Below are positions 1-8,021 of a stretch of DNA of 64,000 nt, piece by piece. The notes beneath the pieces were generated by a model. The model did no database searches. It was given only the letters and a program-made list of their open reading frames with translations, and was not told where the DNA came from. The position numbers and the translations under genes were made by a program. Every line of letters starts with the position of its first letter. Within the stretch, counting starts at the first letter, position 1. The DNA lies in NCBI GenBank assembly GCA_951813565.1, contig OX638351.1, positions 3,744,001-3,808,000 on the forward strand. Reading direction: 5' to 3'. Origin of the DNA: an uncultured Poribacteria bacterium (GTDB lineage Bacteria > Poribacteria > WGA-4E > WGA-3G).

Positions 1-522
1 CCACTCACTGCGTGGATAATGTTCATCCATTTCGGTCAGTGGAAGCAATTTGCCACCATATTTCAATACTTCAACACCGTTCAAAACATGAACTTGACTG
101 ATAGTGGATGCAGCGTGCCGTTCTTTGTACTGCGTGTCAAAACGTTTTACCACTGACTGCACTCTATCAGGTTCGGTGGGTTGTTCAACGGATGTCCGGG
201 TTTCAACATGAATTCTTTCCGAATGGTTTTCGGCAGCATCTCTGAGTTCTTCCATTCGTTCGCGAATTCTTTCAACCCTTTCCTCTGCGTTGTCTCGGAA
301 TTCCTCAACTTGCTCTTGAATTCTTTCAACTTGCTCCTCCGCAGTTTCCGCTTTTTGTTCCATTTGTTCGCGGATTCTTTCAACCTGCTCTTCGGCGTTT
401 TCTCTGGATTGTTCAAGTCGTTCCTGAATTCTTTCAACCTCTTCCTCAATGTTACGACTATATTCTTCTGATTCTTCTTGAAGTTTTTGAATCTGTTCTT
501 CAACAGTTCTCCGATGCTCTTG
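1..522 (-). pseudogene. Fragment of a Glu/Arg/Gln-rich coiled-coil protein whose 5' part is cut off by the IS605 element; frame runs off the left edge
   Basis: Manual translation of a frame absent from the ORF track is open from 522 to 1 (QEHRRTVEEQIQKLQEESEEYSRNIEEEVERIQERLEQ...EQVERIREQMEQ...PLTEMDEHYPRSEW). It begins exactly at the IS right end with no start codon. Confidence 0.7.
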
Positions 523-613
523 TCATAGGTACCCACTACCTAAAGGTAGGGGCTTGTGCTTCCTTGCGACTGCGGTTTTCTCAGAGAGTTGACCGTCTTA
601 GTGTCGCTCCACT

Positions 614-1726
614 TTAGGCAGCCAAGCCTGCCCGTTTGATATTGATAGCAGCGTTGGTGTCTCGGTCGTGGTGTGAACCACATTCGGAACATGTCCACTG
701 CCTATCAGAAAGAGAGAGTTCTTTGTTATGGTATCCACAATCACTACAAGGTTTTGTTGTTGCTATCCATTGAGAGATTTGCACAAGTTTTTTGCCGTGC
801 TTCGCACACTTCTGTTCCAATATCTGAAGAAACTGGTAGAAAGAATGGTCAGAAACTTTACGCCCCCATAATCGTTTCATACCGTCAAGGTTCAGCGTTT
901 CAAAAATGAGTGTGTCAAACTCTACACAAAGTTTTGAGGCAAGTTTCCATTGCCAATCTTCTCTTTGTCTGGCAACCTTTCTGTGTTGCCTTGCTAAAGC
1001 ACGGCACGCACGATAATAGTTGTTAGAACCTTTGACTTTACGACTGAGTGCTTTGTTGAGAGATCGCAACGTGTTGAGTGATTGTTTGAAAAACTGCGGG
1101 GATTCTATTGTGTCCCCTTCGTCGCTTGTTAGGAATGTTTTGTTTCCGTAATCAAATCCTGCGCTCTTACCCGTCTTGGGTTTGGGTTCGGAATCCTCAA
1201 CATTCTCACACGAAAAGCATATCCAATAGTCACCGCACCTGTCACGTTTGATTGTGATCGTCTTGATGACACCTTTGATTTCACGGTGTTTGTGAAAGGA
1301 AAACCATGTATCTATACAGTTGATTTTGATACGGTTCCCTTCAAGTTTGTAACCCGCTTGTGTGAAGGTCATGGAGTTGTATTTGTGTCTCGGTTTGATT
1401 TTCGGTCTACCCACTTTACGCGTTGTTTTGCCCGCTTTTCGGTCTTCGATATTCTCAAAGAAAGCGTCTTGAGATTTACCATAACGTAGGACAACGTCTT
1501 GAACAACTTGACTCGGCAAGTCCGCCCAGTGTGGTTTAGTTGTTTTTTTGAGTTTCGCAACATGTGCCTTCAGACGATACGCAGACAAATTTTTGCCGAA
1601 CATGCGATAATACCTACGTGCCAAACGCATGATATGCACATGGATTTCCCACATATCATCAAGCATATTGCCGAGTTTGATTGTGTTAGATTGGTTTTGA
1701 AGTTTGAACTTGTCCGCTTTTCTCAT
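614..1726 (-). CDS. tnpB: RNA-guided endonuclease TnpB
   Basis: RuvC motifs GFDYG, IFETL, DRDTNAA; Zn ribbon CSDC/CSEC; ATGA overlap with the tnpA stop. Confidence 0.95.
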   Translation of the reverse strand: MRKADKFKLQNQSNTIKLGNMLDDMWEIHVHIMRLARRYYRMFGKNLSAYRLKAHVAKLKKTTKPHWADLPSQVVQDVVLRYGKSQDAFFENIEDRKAGKTTRKVGRPKIKPRHKYNSMTFTQAGYKLEGNRIKINCIDTWFSFHKHREIKGVIKTITIKRDRCGDYWICFSCENVEDSEPKPKTGKSAGFDYGNKTFLTSDEGDTIESPQFFKQSLNTLRSLNKALSRKVKGSNNYYRACRALARQHRKVARQREDWQWKLASKLCVEFDTLIFETLNLDGMKRLWGRKVSDHSFYQFLQILEQKCAKHGKKLVQISQWIATTKPCSDCGYHNKELSLSDRQWTCSECGSHHDRDTNAAINIKRAGLAA

Positions 1727-2142
1727 TGTCCGCTTTGACCTTCAATATAGTCTTTTATCACTTGAAGTGTTACACCACCACAGGAACTCACAAACTTGCT
1801 CCGTGTCCAAAGAGAGGGCAAACGACTTTTCAAACTTGGGTATTCTTCACGTAAAACTTTAGCCGTATAGCCTTTGATTTTTCCAACGATTTTATCAATA
1901 GAATGCATTGGCGGGATTTCTATGAGCAAATGGACATGTTCAGGTTGTGTTTCAACCTCACGGATTTGATACTCATACTCGTCTTGTTTTTCTTCTATGA
2001 GTTGTTTCAGTCTACCTTGTATTTGTGTCTCCAAAACCTTACGCCTATACTTCGTACACCAGATAACGTGATATTGGCAACTATAGACTGTTTTGTTGCT
2101 TGTTTTGTAATTACGTTTCTTATTAGCGATTTTTAGTGGCAT
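1723..2142 (-). CDS. tnpA: IS200/IS605 Y1 HUH transposase TnpA
   Basis: YHVIWCTKYRRKVL, HUH motif HVH, C-terminal YIEGQ. Confidence 0.95.
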   Translation of the reverse strand: MPLKIANKKRNYKTSNKTVYSCQYHVIWCTKYRRKVLETQIQGRLKQLIEEKQDEYEYQIREVETQPEHVHLLIEIPPMHSIDKIVGKIKGYTAKVLREEYPSLKSRLPSLWTRSKFVSSCGGVTLQVIKDYIEGQSGQ

Positions 2143-2252
2143 AATATCTTACCTTTTCATTACAGTATATGATATATTATACCATATTTTGATTAGATTG
2201 TAAAATATATTTTTTATTAAGTTTTTAGCCGTCTACATCCCCTACCTAAAGG

Positions 2253-3931
2253 CTTACTATTACCCATAAGTTTATGGAACATGTCCATCAATAAGGTTCT
2301 GACCGATATTGTTTTGTGTGTATTGGTGAAAAAGAGCAAAGGTGTCAGAAATATCACTAAGCCTTTGCCATCCTCTCCAAATAACGGTCACTCCAGGTTT
2401 ACCATCGGACTTTCGTCCTAAAAAGCCACCCAGTTTGGCGATCCAAACAACGACTTCAGACACAGTTGGTAGTTTTTTCGGTAAAATGTGCGTCTTATGT
2501 GTTATACAGTAAAGTGCTTTCCACTCAACTTCAGTCAATATATGTGTGCAGTCCGTATCCGGTGCCTGCCGATTGATGATTGTCAACCAATAAAGACGCC
2601 AAGCAATCACGCTCAGCAGGGCAATAAAGCGTAGGAGTCTCTCTTGGGTTTGGAAGCGGACTTCCTCAACTTTCGTTCCTGATTTGAGGATTTTGAAATA
2701 GACTTCAATGTGCCAGCGTTGCGTATACCAGTCTACCCGTTCAATCGCATCTGAGAAATCTGTCACTTTCACATTTGTAAGGAGCAGCCATTCCACAGGT
2801 GTTGTGCCATCGGGTGGGTTCGTCTCTATCACCCATACGAGATATATTTCCACAGCAGGCAGCTCTTGGGAGCGTGATGCTTGCGAACGATGCGGTGGGA
2901 GAAGCGTCGTTTTTGTGAAACTAACGCTCAGAGTTGCTTCTCGGGCAGGTTGGGCACCACGCGCTGCAACTTGTATGCTAAACTCACCAGCAACCGGTAG
3001 ACTTTCTGCTAAAGCACGCAATCTACCAACATCATTATCAACCACACGATCTTGCGCAGCACGCATTACAAAAGGCATCTCTTGTGCTTCAACGAAAAAC
3101 TCATAAATATCAGCTTCACGATCACAAATGCAAATCACCTCAACACCTTCTGGGGCTTCGGATTTTATTGCCGACACTGCTTCAATCCACTTGTAGCTCT
3201 CTTTTTCTACCAGCGGTCTGGATTTCCGTTTTTTTTCTTGTGTCGGCGCATCCCGAACCCACACTTTATCTGTCAAACACCCAAGCGGGAGCCCCGACCC
3301 ACTCACGATGAGTGTCGTGTGTTTGACAAAACCATAATGGTGATGAGACGAGGCACCAATCGGACCTAAACCTTCTGTTGACGGGTGATCGGTGTAATCC
3401 AGATAGGTTGTATCTTGTATAGCAAACACACGCTGATACGCACACATCCGCGCAATCGTCTGTCTAAAGTGAGGTGCCAATATCTTCTCTGAAGAAACCT
3501 TTTCATTATCAAATAAACGATAGGCACCCTTCACCGATGCCCAATCGCCACACGCAGCGTTGATGGTTGCGGTAGGATGTGCCGCCAACGCATCTGCAAC
3601 GCTGAGCAACCTTTTATTTAGACGGGCATCTCCCAAATCAAGACCCGTAAACTCTTCAATACTCCAAGATGTAGATAACTCTTTCTTGTTTGTAGACATC
3701 ATTATTCACTCCAATGTATCAGATCCATAAGTGTTACTTGTGTTGGTAATAATATCTATTGAACATAACACAAATGTTCTTGATATGCAAGTATATTATG
3801 ACCCAATGACCCAAGCGAAAATACACTTATCTTGACAGCACAGGTGAATGTAAATCAAGAAAATAGATGTCTGCACTTTATGTCGAATTTATGATCAATA
3901 GTAAGAATTTCGACTTATGGGTAATAGTAAG
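2253..3931 (-). mobile_element. IS4-family (IS50/Tn5-like) insertion sequence
   Basis: Perfect 19-bp inverted repeats CTTACTATTACCCATAAGT (2253-2271 / 3913-3931) resembling IS50 ends; no target duplication visible. Confidence 0.9.
2272..3702 (-). CDS. IS4-family Tn5-like transposase
   Basis: LGDARLNKRL, IQDTT, DREADIYE, YxxRWxIE, LGGFLGRKSDGKPG motifs. Confidence 0.95.
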   Translation of the reverse strand: MMSTNKKELSTSWSIEEFTGLDLGDARLNKRLLSVADALAAHPTATINAACGDWASVKGAYRLFDNEKVSSEKILAPHFRQTIARMCAYQRVFAIQDTTYLDYTDHPSTEGLGPIGASSHHHYGFVKHTTLIVSGSGLPLGCLTDKVWVRDAPTQEKKRKSRPLVEKESYKWIEAVSAIKSEAPEGVEVICICDREADIYEFFVEAQEMPFVMRAAQDRVVDNDVGRLRALAESLPVAGEFSIQVAARGAQPAREATLSVSFTKTTLLPPHRSQASRSQELPAVEIYLVWVIETNPPDGTTPVEWLLLTNVKVTDFSDAIERVDWYTQRWHIEVYFKILKSGTKVEEVRFQTQERLLRFIALLSVIAWRLYWLTIINRQAPDTDCTHILTEVEWKALYCITHKTHILPKKLPTVSEVVVWIAKLGGFLGRKSDGKPGVTVIWRGWQRLSDISDTFALFHQYTQNNIGQNLIDGHVP

Positions 3932-3939
3932 CATTTAAT

Positions 3940-5079
3940 TGAGGGGTGTGCATAATTGAATTTAGTCAGGATATAGGTTATACTCTTATCTTAAAGGATA
4001 AAAGAAAGGGGTATTAACCATGTGTTATCCTGACCAAAAGTATTATATCATGTTTTTCTTTCAACGCTACAAAGATTTTGAGGTGTCTATCAAATACAAT
4101 CAAACTAAAGGTAAAGGGAGACCTAAAATACATTCTGATAGTTCACTTGTTGTCTTCTTCGACTTTATGGAACTTAGAGGTATAAATCGGTTCAAAGCAC
4201 AGCATCTATTTCTTCTCACACATGCAGACTGGTTGAAGCGGTTCAAGTTCAAAAGTGTCCCTGATCGAACGACCTTATCCCGTCACTATAAACAACTAAC
4301 ACTGCGTATTGAGCAGTTTGTTGAGTATCTCGGTGATTTGGGTGTATCTTTGGACACTCAGACCCCCCGAGAAGTTGTGTTTGAAGACAAAAGTCTCTAT
4401 AAAGCACAAGGCAGCGTTTGGCATCAAAAAGACCGAAAGGCAAACCACATCCCCGAAGGATTGCGCAACCTGGATACAGATGCAAGTTGGTCAACAAGCA
4501 AGTATCGCGGATGGGTTTATGGGTATGGACTTCATCTCACAACTACTGCCAACGGATTTCCACGGTTCGCCGATGTTTATACTGCTTCTGTGAGTGAAAA
4601 AACGGGACTTGACCAAAAGATTGATGCGCTGCTTGATCGGAATATTAGGTATATCGTAGCAGATGCTGGCTATACTGACTTTGCGCGTATCCAGACACAC
4701 GCAAAAAACGGATTATTCCTTTTGACACCCATAACGGGTGCTAAAAACAACAAAAAGTTAGCTTATCTTGAGGCGATTGAAACATCACCACACCTACAAG
4801 CATATCAAGAACAACGCAAAACAGCGATTGAACCGGTTTTTAGTCTGTTGAGCGAACTGACAGGAACAGATAATAATCAGAAACAACTTCCGGTGAGCCG
4901 TATTGAAAATGTCAAACCCTTTTTATTATTGTCAATCGTCCTGCTACAAATAGCAATGTTAGTCAACCTAATTTGGAACTTACCAAGTAGAGAAGTTTCA
5001 CGGATGATCGCTTTATTTTAATAATAAACTCCGTGTGAAAATATACTATTTTGTTATGAGTATTTATGCACACCCCTCA
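3940..5079 (+). mobile_element. DDE insertion sequence (IS4/IS5 superfamily; exact family uncertain)
   Basis: 16-bp inverted repeats TGAGGGGTGTGCATAA (3940-3955 / 5064-5079) flank a transposase ORF. Confidence 0.85.
4020..5021 (+). CDS. DDE transposase (DDE_Tnp_1-like)
   Basis: PDRTTLSR, DTDASW...YGYGLHL, ADAGY, RKTAIEPVF motifs. Confidence 0.85.
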   Translation: MCYPDQKYYIMFFFQRYKDFEVSIKYNQTKGKGRPKIHSDSSLVVFFDFMELRGINRFKAQHLFLLTHADWLKRFKFKSVPDRTTLSRHYKQLTLRIEQFVEYLGDLGVSLDTQTPREVVFEDKSLYKAQGSVWHQKDRKANHIPEGLRNLDTDASWSTSKYRGWVYGYGLHLTTTANGFPRFADVYTASVSEKTGLDQKIDALLDRNIRYIVADAGYTDFARIQTHAKNGLFLLTPITGAKNNKKLAYLEAIETSPHLQAYQEQRKTAIEPVFSLLSELTGTDNNQKQLPVSRIENVKPFLLLSIVLLQIAMLVNLIWNLPSREVSRMIALF

Positions 5080-5116
5080 TATAACTAAATCCATTTACAC
5101 TATTTAAAATTCTGTC

Positions 5117-5489
5117 TTACTTCGCTGATGGGGTAGTTGACAACAACTCCTCACGACTAAGCGTTAACGGGGAAGTGCCTCGCTGTGAGCGATATGCATC
5201 GGCTGGCTGGCTTCGCATGATTATAAGGTCGTCACCATCCCGCTCAATGCTATCACCCGCGACCAATGCAGTCTCCAATTTTCTCATACTGGTTAAAAAG
5301 TTTACTGTTACTCTTCCTGCTTCCTGCTTCCTGCACATTGATAATCCAACCATTATCTGTTTTGACGCGGTTAAATCGCAGCGGAATATCCATGGATTGC
5401 AGCTGATTGACGTTTACAATAAATCCGCTTCCTGAAGCGTTATGATCTGTATTTTCAGCAAGTTCGTTATTACCATTTTCGTCTGCCAT
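5117..5489 (-). pseudogene. Small hypothetical gene (~121 aa) frameshifted by a 7-bp tandem repeat
   Basis: RBS AGGAG then MADENGN; (CTTCCTG)x3 at 5313-5333; removing one unit fuses the two overlapping ORFs. Confidence 0.6.
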
Positions 5490-5863
5490 TTTTGTCTCCT
5501 TTTGCAGAAGTATTAACTTATTATTACGTGAGTTTGATAAATAGTTAGGATTTCTACATTTCCTCTTAAAGTCCTCTGATAAGGGGGATTTAGGGGTTAA
5601 AAACACCAAAATAACGATTTTTTCAGCAAATATGCCCGTTCTCTGTTCAATTTTTGCCTGTCCAGTTAATTATCAAACTCACGTTATTATTGTAATTCTA
5701 CCTAAAGATATAGATGTTTGTCAACTCCTTTTGTCAGACCCGTTCAATTCTCCGTTAGTTTTACTGTCTGCTCAAGATTTCTTCACCTTAAAAGCGATCC
5801 CCGGTTACAATTTCTCACTAAAGTGAGCAAAAACTAAATATCTCTACAATAATTAAAAAACAG

Positions 5864-5894
5864 TTGACAAAAATTGTGTGTGTGTGTGTACAAT
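5864..5894 (+). promoter_or_regulatory. Sigma70-type promoter with (TG)7 in the spacer
   Basis: TTGACA 5864-5869, TACAAT 5889-5894, 19-bp spacer. Confidence 0.55.
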
Positions 5895-6229
5895 CATAGA
5901 CAGATATTGTAAAATATCTTGATGTTTTGTGCATTTTTAGCAAAAAATTAACATTGTTCGCTATTTAATCTATATTTTATCTGTAATACCAAATTAACAG
6001 AATTCGTCTTGTTTTTCCAGTGTTTTTTCTACTCTTCCGCTCCAGCGGAGCGGTATGTAAAGACGATGAATCAAATGAATTTGGTATAAGCATACCAGTG
6101 AAGTCAAAGGACCTCATGAAGCGAACACTAACTCACATTCAAAGTGCCTAAACGACAAACGTTATAGTGAGTCATATTTTACAACAGACTTCCCTAACAA
6201 GGGAGTCACAATCTAAAGGAGGTGCAACA

Positions 6230-7000
6230 ATGTTTTGGCGCAAAAATTGGCATTGGCTGCTGGTACTTATTGTTGTTATTGGCGTTGGTGGGTTTATTCT
6301 CTTGAAACCTAAGCCTCCTACCGCTGAGAAAAAAGTCTATAATGTACCAGACTTTAGTCAGGTTCGTAAGGATGCGTCCAGTAAAGGTGATAAAACACCA
6401 ACGGAACAAACCGTTGCAGAGAACACAGAAACCCCAGAGGAAAAACCACTGGATCCTGCAAACGAAACTTCCGAAACACCACTTGAATCTCCTGGGGAGA
6501 GTGTTCCCTTAGAAGACGTTGAGAACACGACAACACCTGAAGCAGGTGCCGATGATTGGCGAACTGGCGACTACGGTGAGTCGCTTTTTGGATATGGTCC
6601 TTACCCGAAAATTCCTTCGGATTTTCCTGAAAGGTATAGGCCTATTTGGACTCACGGTGTTATTAATCTTGCGGGGCTGCCAGAGGAAATTAAGGAACAT
6701 AAACGCGTTGAGGAATTGATGTATCGAATTCGTATCAAGTTATGGAATGACGGGCGCACCGATATCACATCTATCAGTTTGGACCCTACCACAAATAAAG
6801 TATATCCATTTACGGCGAATACGGTAGTTGTTGGGTACGAAGGCACAGGAGCTGCAAAACGAGTCTTTTCTATCTCTGCAGACCCTAACTTTTCTCAAGA
6901 TTTAATCATACGAATCCAGTCTGGTGAAAAACCGCCAGGTATTCAGATAATAGATAAAGATACTGGTGGATTTAATGTGTATGAATTTTTAGAATTATAA
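6230..7000 (+). CDS. Hypothetical membrane-anchored protein
   Basis: AAGGAGG RBS, N-terminal TM helix, acidic/Pro-rich linker, SLFGYGPYPKIP motif. Confidence 0.8.
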   Translation: MFWRKNWHWLLVLIVVIGVGGFILLKPKPPTAEKKVYNVPDFSQVRKDASSKGDKTPTEQTVAENTETPEEKPLDPANETSETPLESPGESVPLEDVENTTTPEAGADDWRTGDYGESLFGYGPYPKIPSDFPERYRPIWTHGVINLAGLPEEIKEHKRVEELMYRIRIKLWNDGRTDITSISLDPTTNKVYPFTANTVVVGYEGTGAAKRVFSISADPNFSQDLIIRIQSGEKPPGIQIIDKDTGGFNVYEFLEL

Positions 7001-7019
7001 TCCATTCGGAGGAATTAAG

Positions 7020-7553
7020 ATGAAAATTAAAGGTTTTTCTTTACTCAGTTGTTTGTTAGTTTACATAGTTGTCGTGCTTTTTACACTTGGCGGCAGTCGG
7101 ATTGGAGAAACACATAATTCGGAGGCACTTGATGGACTTTCAGTTAGTGGCAACACGTTTGCCCTAGGTTACCCACGGGGAAATGGAAATATAGACGTAG
7201 ATGTAGGTGGTGCCGGAAGTGGACATGCACCAATAACGGTAAACAACAATTCTACAATTGCGTATTTTGACCTTGAGGTAACAGTAACCGGCAAAGAACC
7301 GAAAAGTGAGACACAATTCGTACACGATGGTAGGATGGTGTACGTAGTTGAAAGTAATGGCTTCGAAGCAGAAGCAGGCCAAGCTTCAGGCAAAGCGGGA
7401 CTTTCCCTTTACGGATCCTTGTCTTATACGGATATTGATACGCTAAATACTATCTATTATGTACATCACCATGAGTTTGAAAGCAACTATCCACCAAATG
7501 ACTACGACGAGGATAATGGTGCTAATTTAGGAATGCAAAGCGATATCCATTAA
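7020..7553 (+). CDS. Hypothetical secreted protein
   Basis: GGAGG RBS, signal-peptide-like N-terminus; followed by hairpin AAGAATGCCT...AGGCATCCTTCTT. Confidence 0.7.
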   Translation: MKIKGFSLLSCLLVYIVVVLFTLGGSRIGETHNSEALDGLSVSGNTFALGYPRGNGNIDVDVGGAGSGHAPITVNNNSTIAYFDLEVTVTGKEPKSETQFVHDGRMVYVVESNGFEAEAGQASGKAGLSLYGSLSYTDIDTLNTIYYVHHHEFESNYPPNDYDEDNGANLGMQSDIH

Positions 7554-7644
7554 GAGTTATCAAATGCATGATTAGCAAACCACTTAATCTTAACCCTACT
7601 AAAAGAAGAATGCCTTTCACATACAGGCATCCTTCTTGAATTTA

Positions 7645-8011
7645 CTATAGTTTGGACAATTTACATATTGTTCGAGGACTTGCTGAGAAACTGTTAGGTG
7701 TCCAAAGCAAAATATTGGACACCTGTCGCCCCGCTGGGGCTTTAGACAGCGGCAATTACCTTCTTCTATATACCTGTCGCCCCGCTGGGGCTAAGGTGTC
7801 ATCTTATATTATTTATATTTTCTGCGATTTTGCTTGCTGAAAGAACTCGTCCAAAAATACCTTTTGGGCAGCCCAGCGGGGCGACAGGTGTATAGAAACG
7901 CGGTAAACAACCCGCTTCAGCCCCAGCGGGGCGACAGGTGTCCAATATGAAAACTATATGTTTTTCTCTAACCCAACCTCACGAAAACAGCTAAAATTGT
8001 CCAAAGTATAG
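7645..8011. mobile_element. MITE with internal nested palindromic repeats
   Basis: 18-bp IRs CTATA(G/C)TTTGGACAATTT (1 mismatch) and 9-bp target duplication TTGAATTTA (7636-7644 / 8012-8020). Confidence 0.85.
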
Positions 8012-8021
8012 TTGAATTTAA

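Larger units (their letters stand above)
522..2252 (-). mobile_element. IS200/IS605-family element (tnpA + tnpB), left end truncated
   Basis: Right-end hairpin on - strand CAAGCCCCTACCTTTAGGTAGTGGGTACCTATGAC. Left-end half hairpin CCTTTAGGTAGGGG at 2239-2252 is abutted by the IS4 inverted repeat. Confidence 0.85.

Noticed and set aside
147..536. 129-aa Lys/Arg-rich ORF and its antisense ORF 181-471
   Set aside because: Shadow frames of the repetitive coiled-coil gene fragment; the start lies within the IS end
522..2252. IStron (group I intron-IS605 chimera)
   Set aside because: No group I intron core visible; the left end is a truncated plain hairpin
7652..7840. 62-aa ORF
   Set aside because: Lies entirely within the MITE repeats
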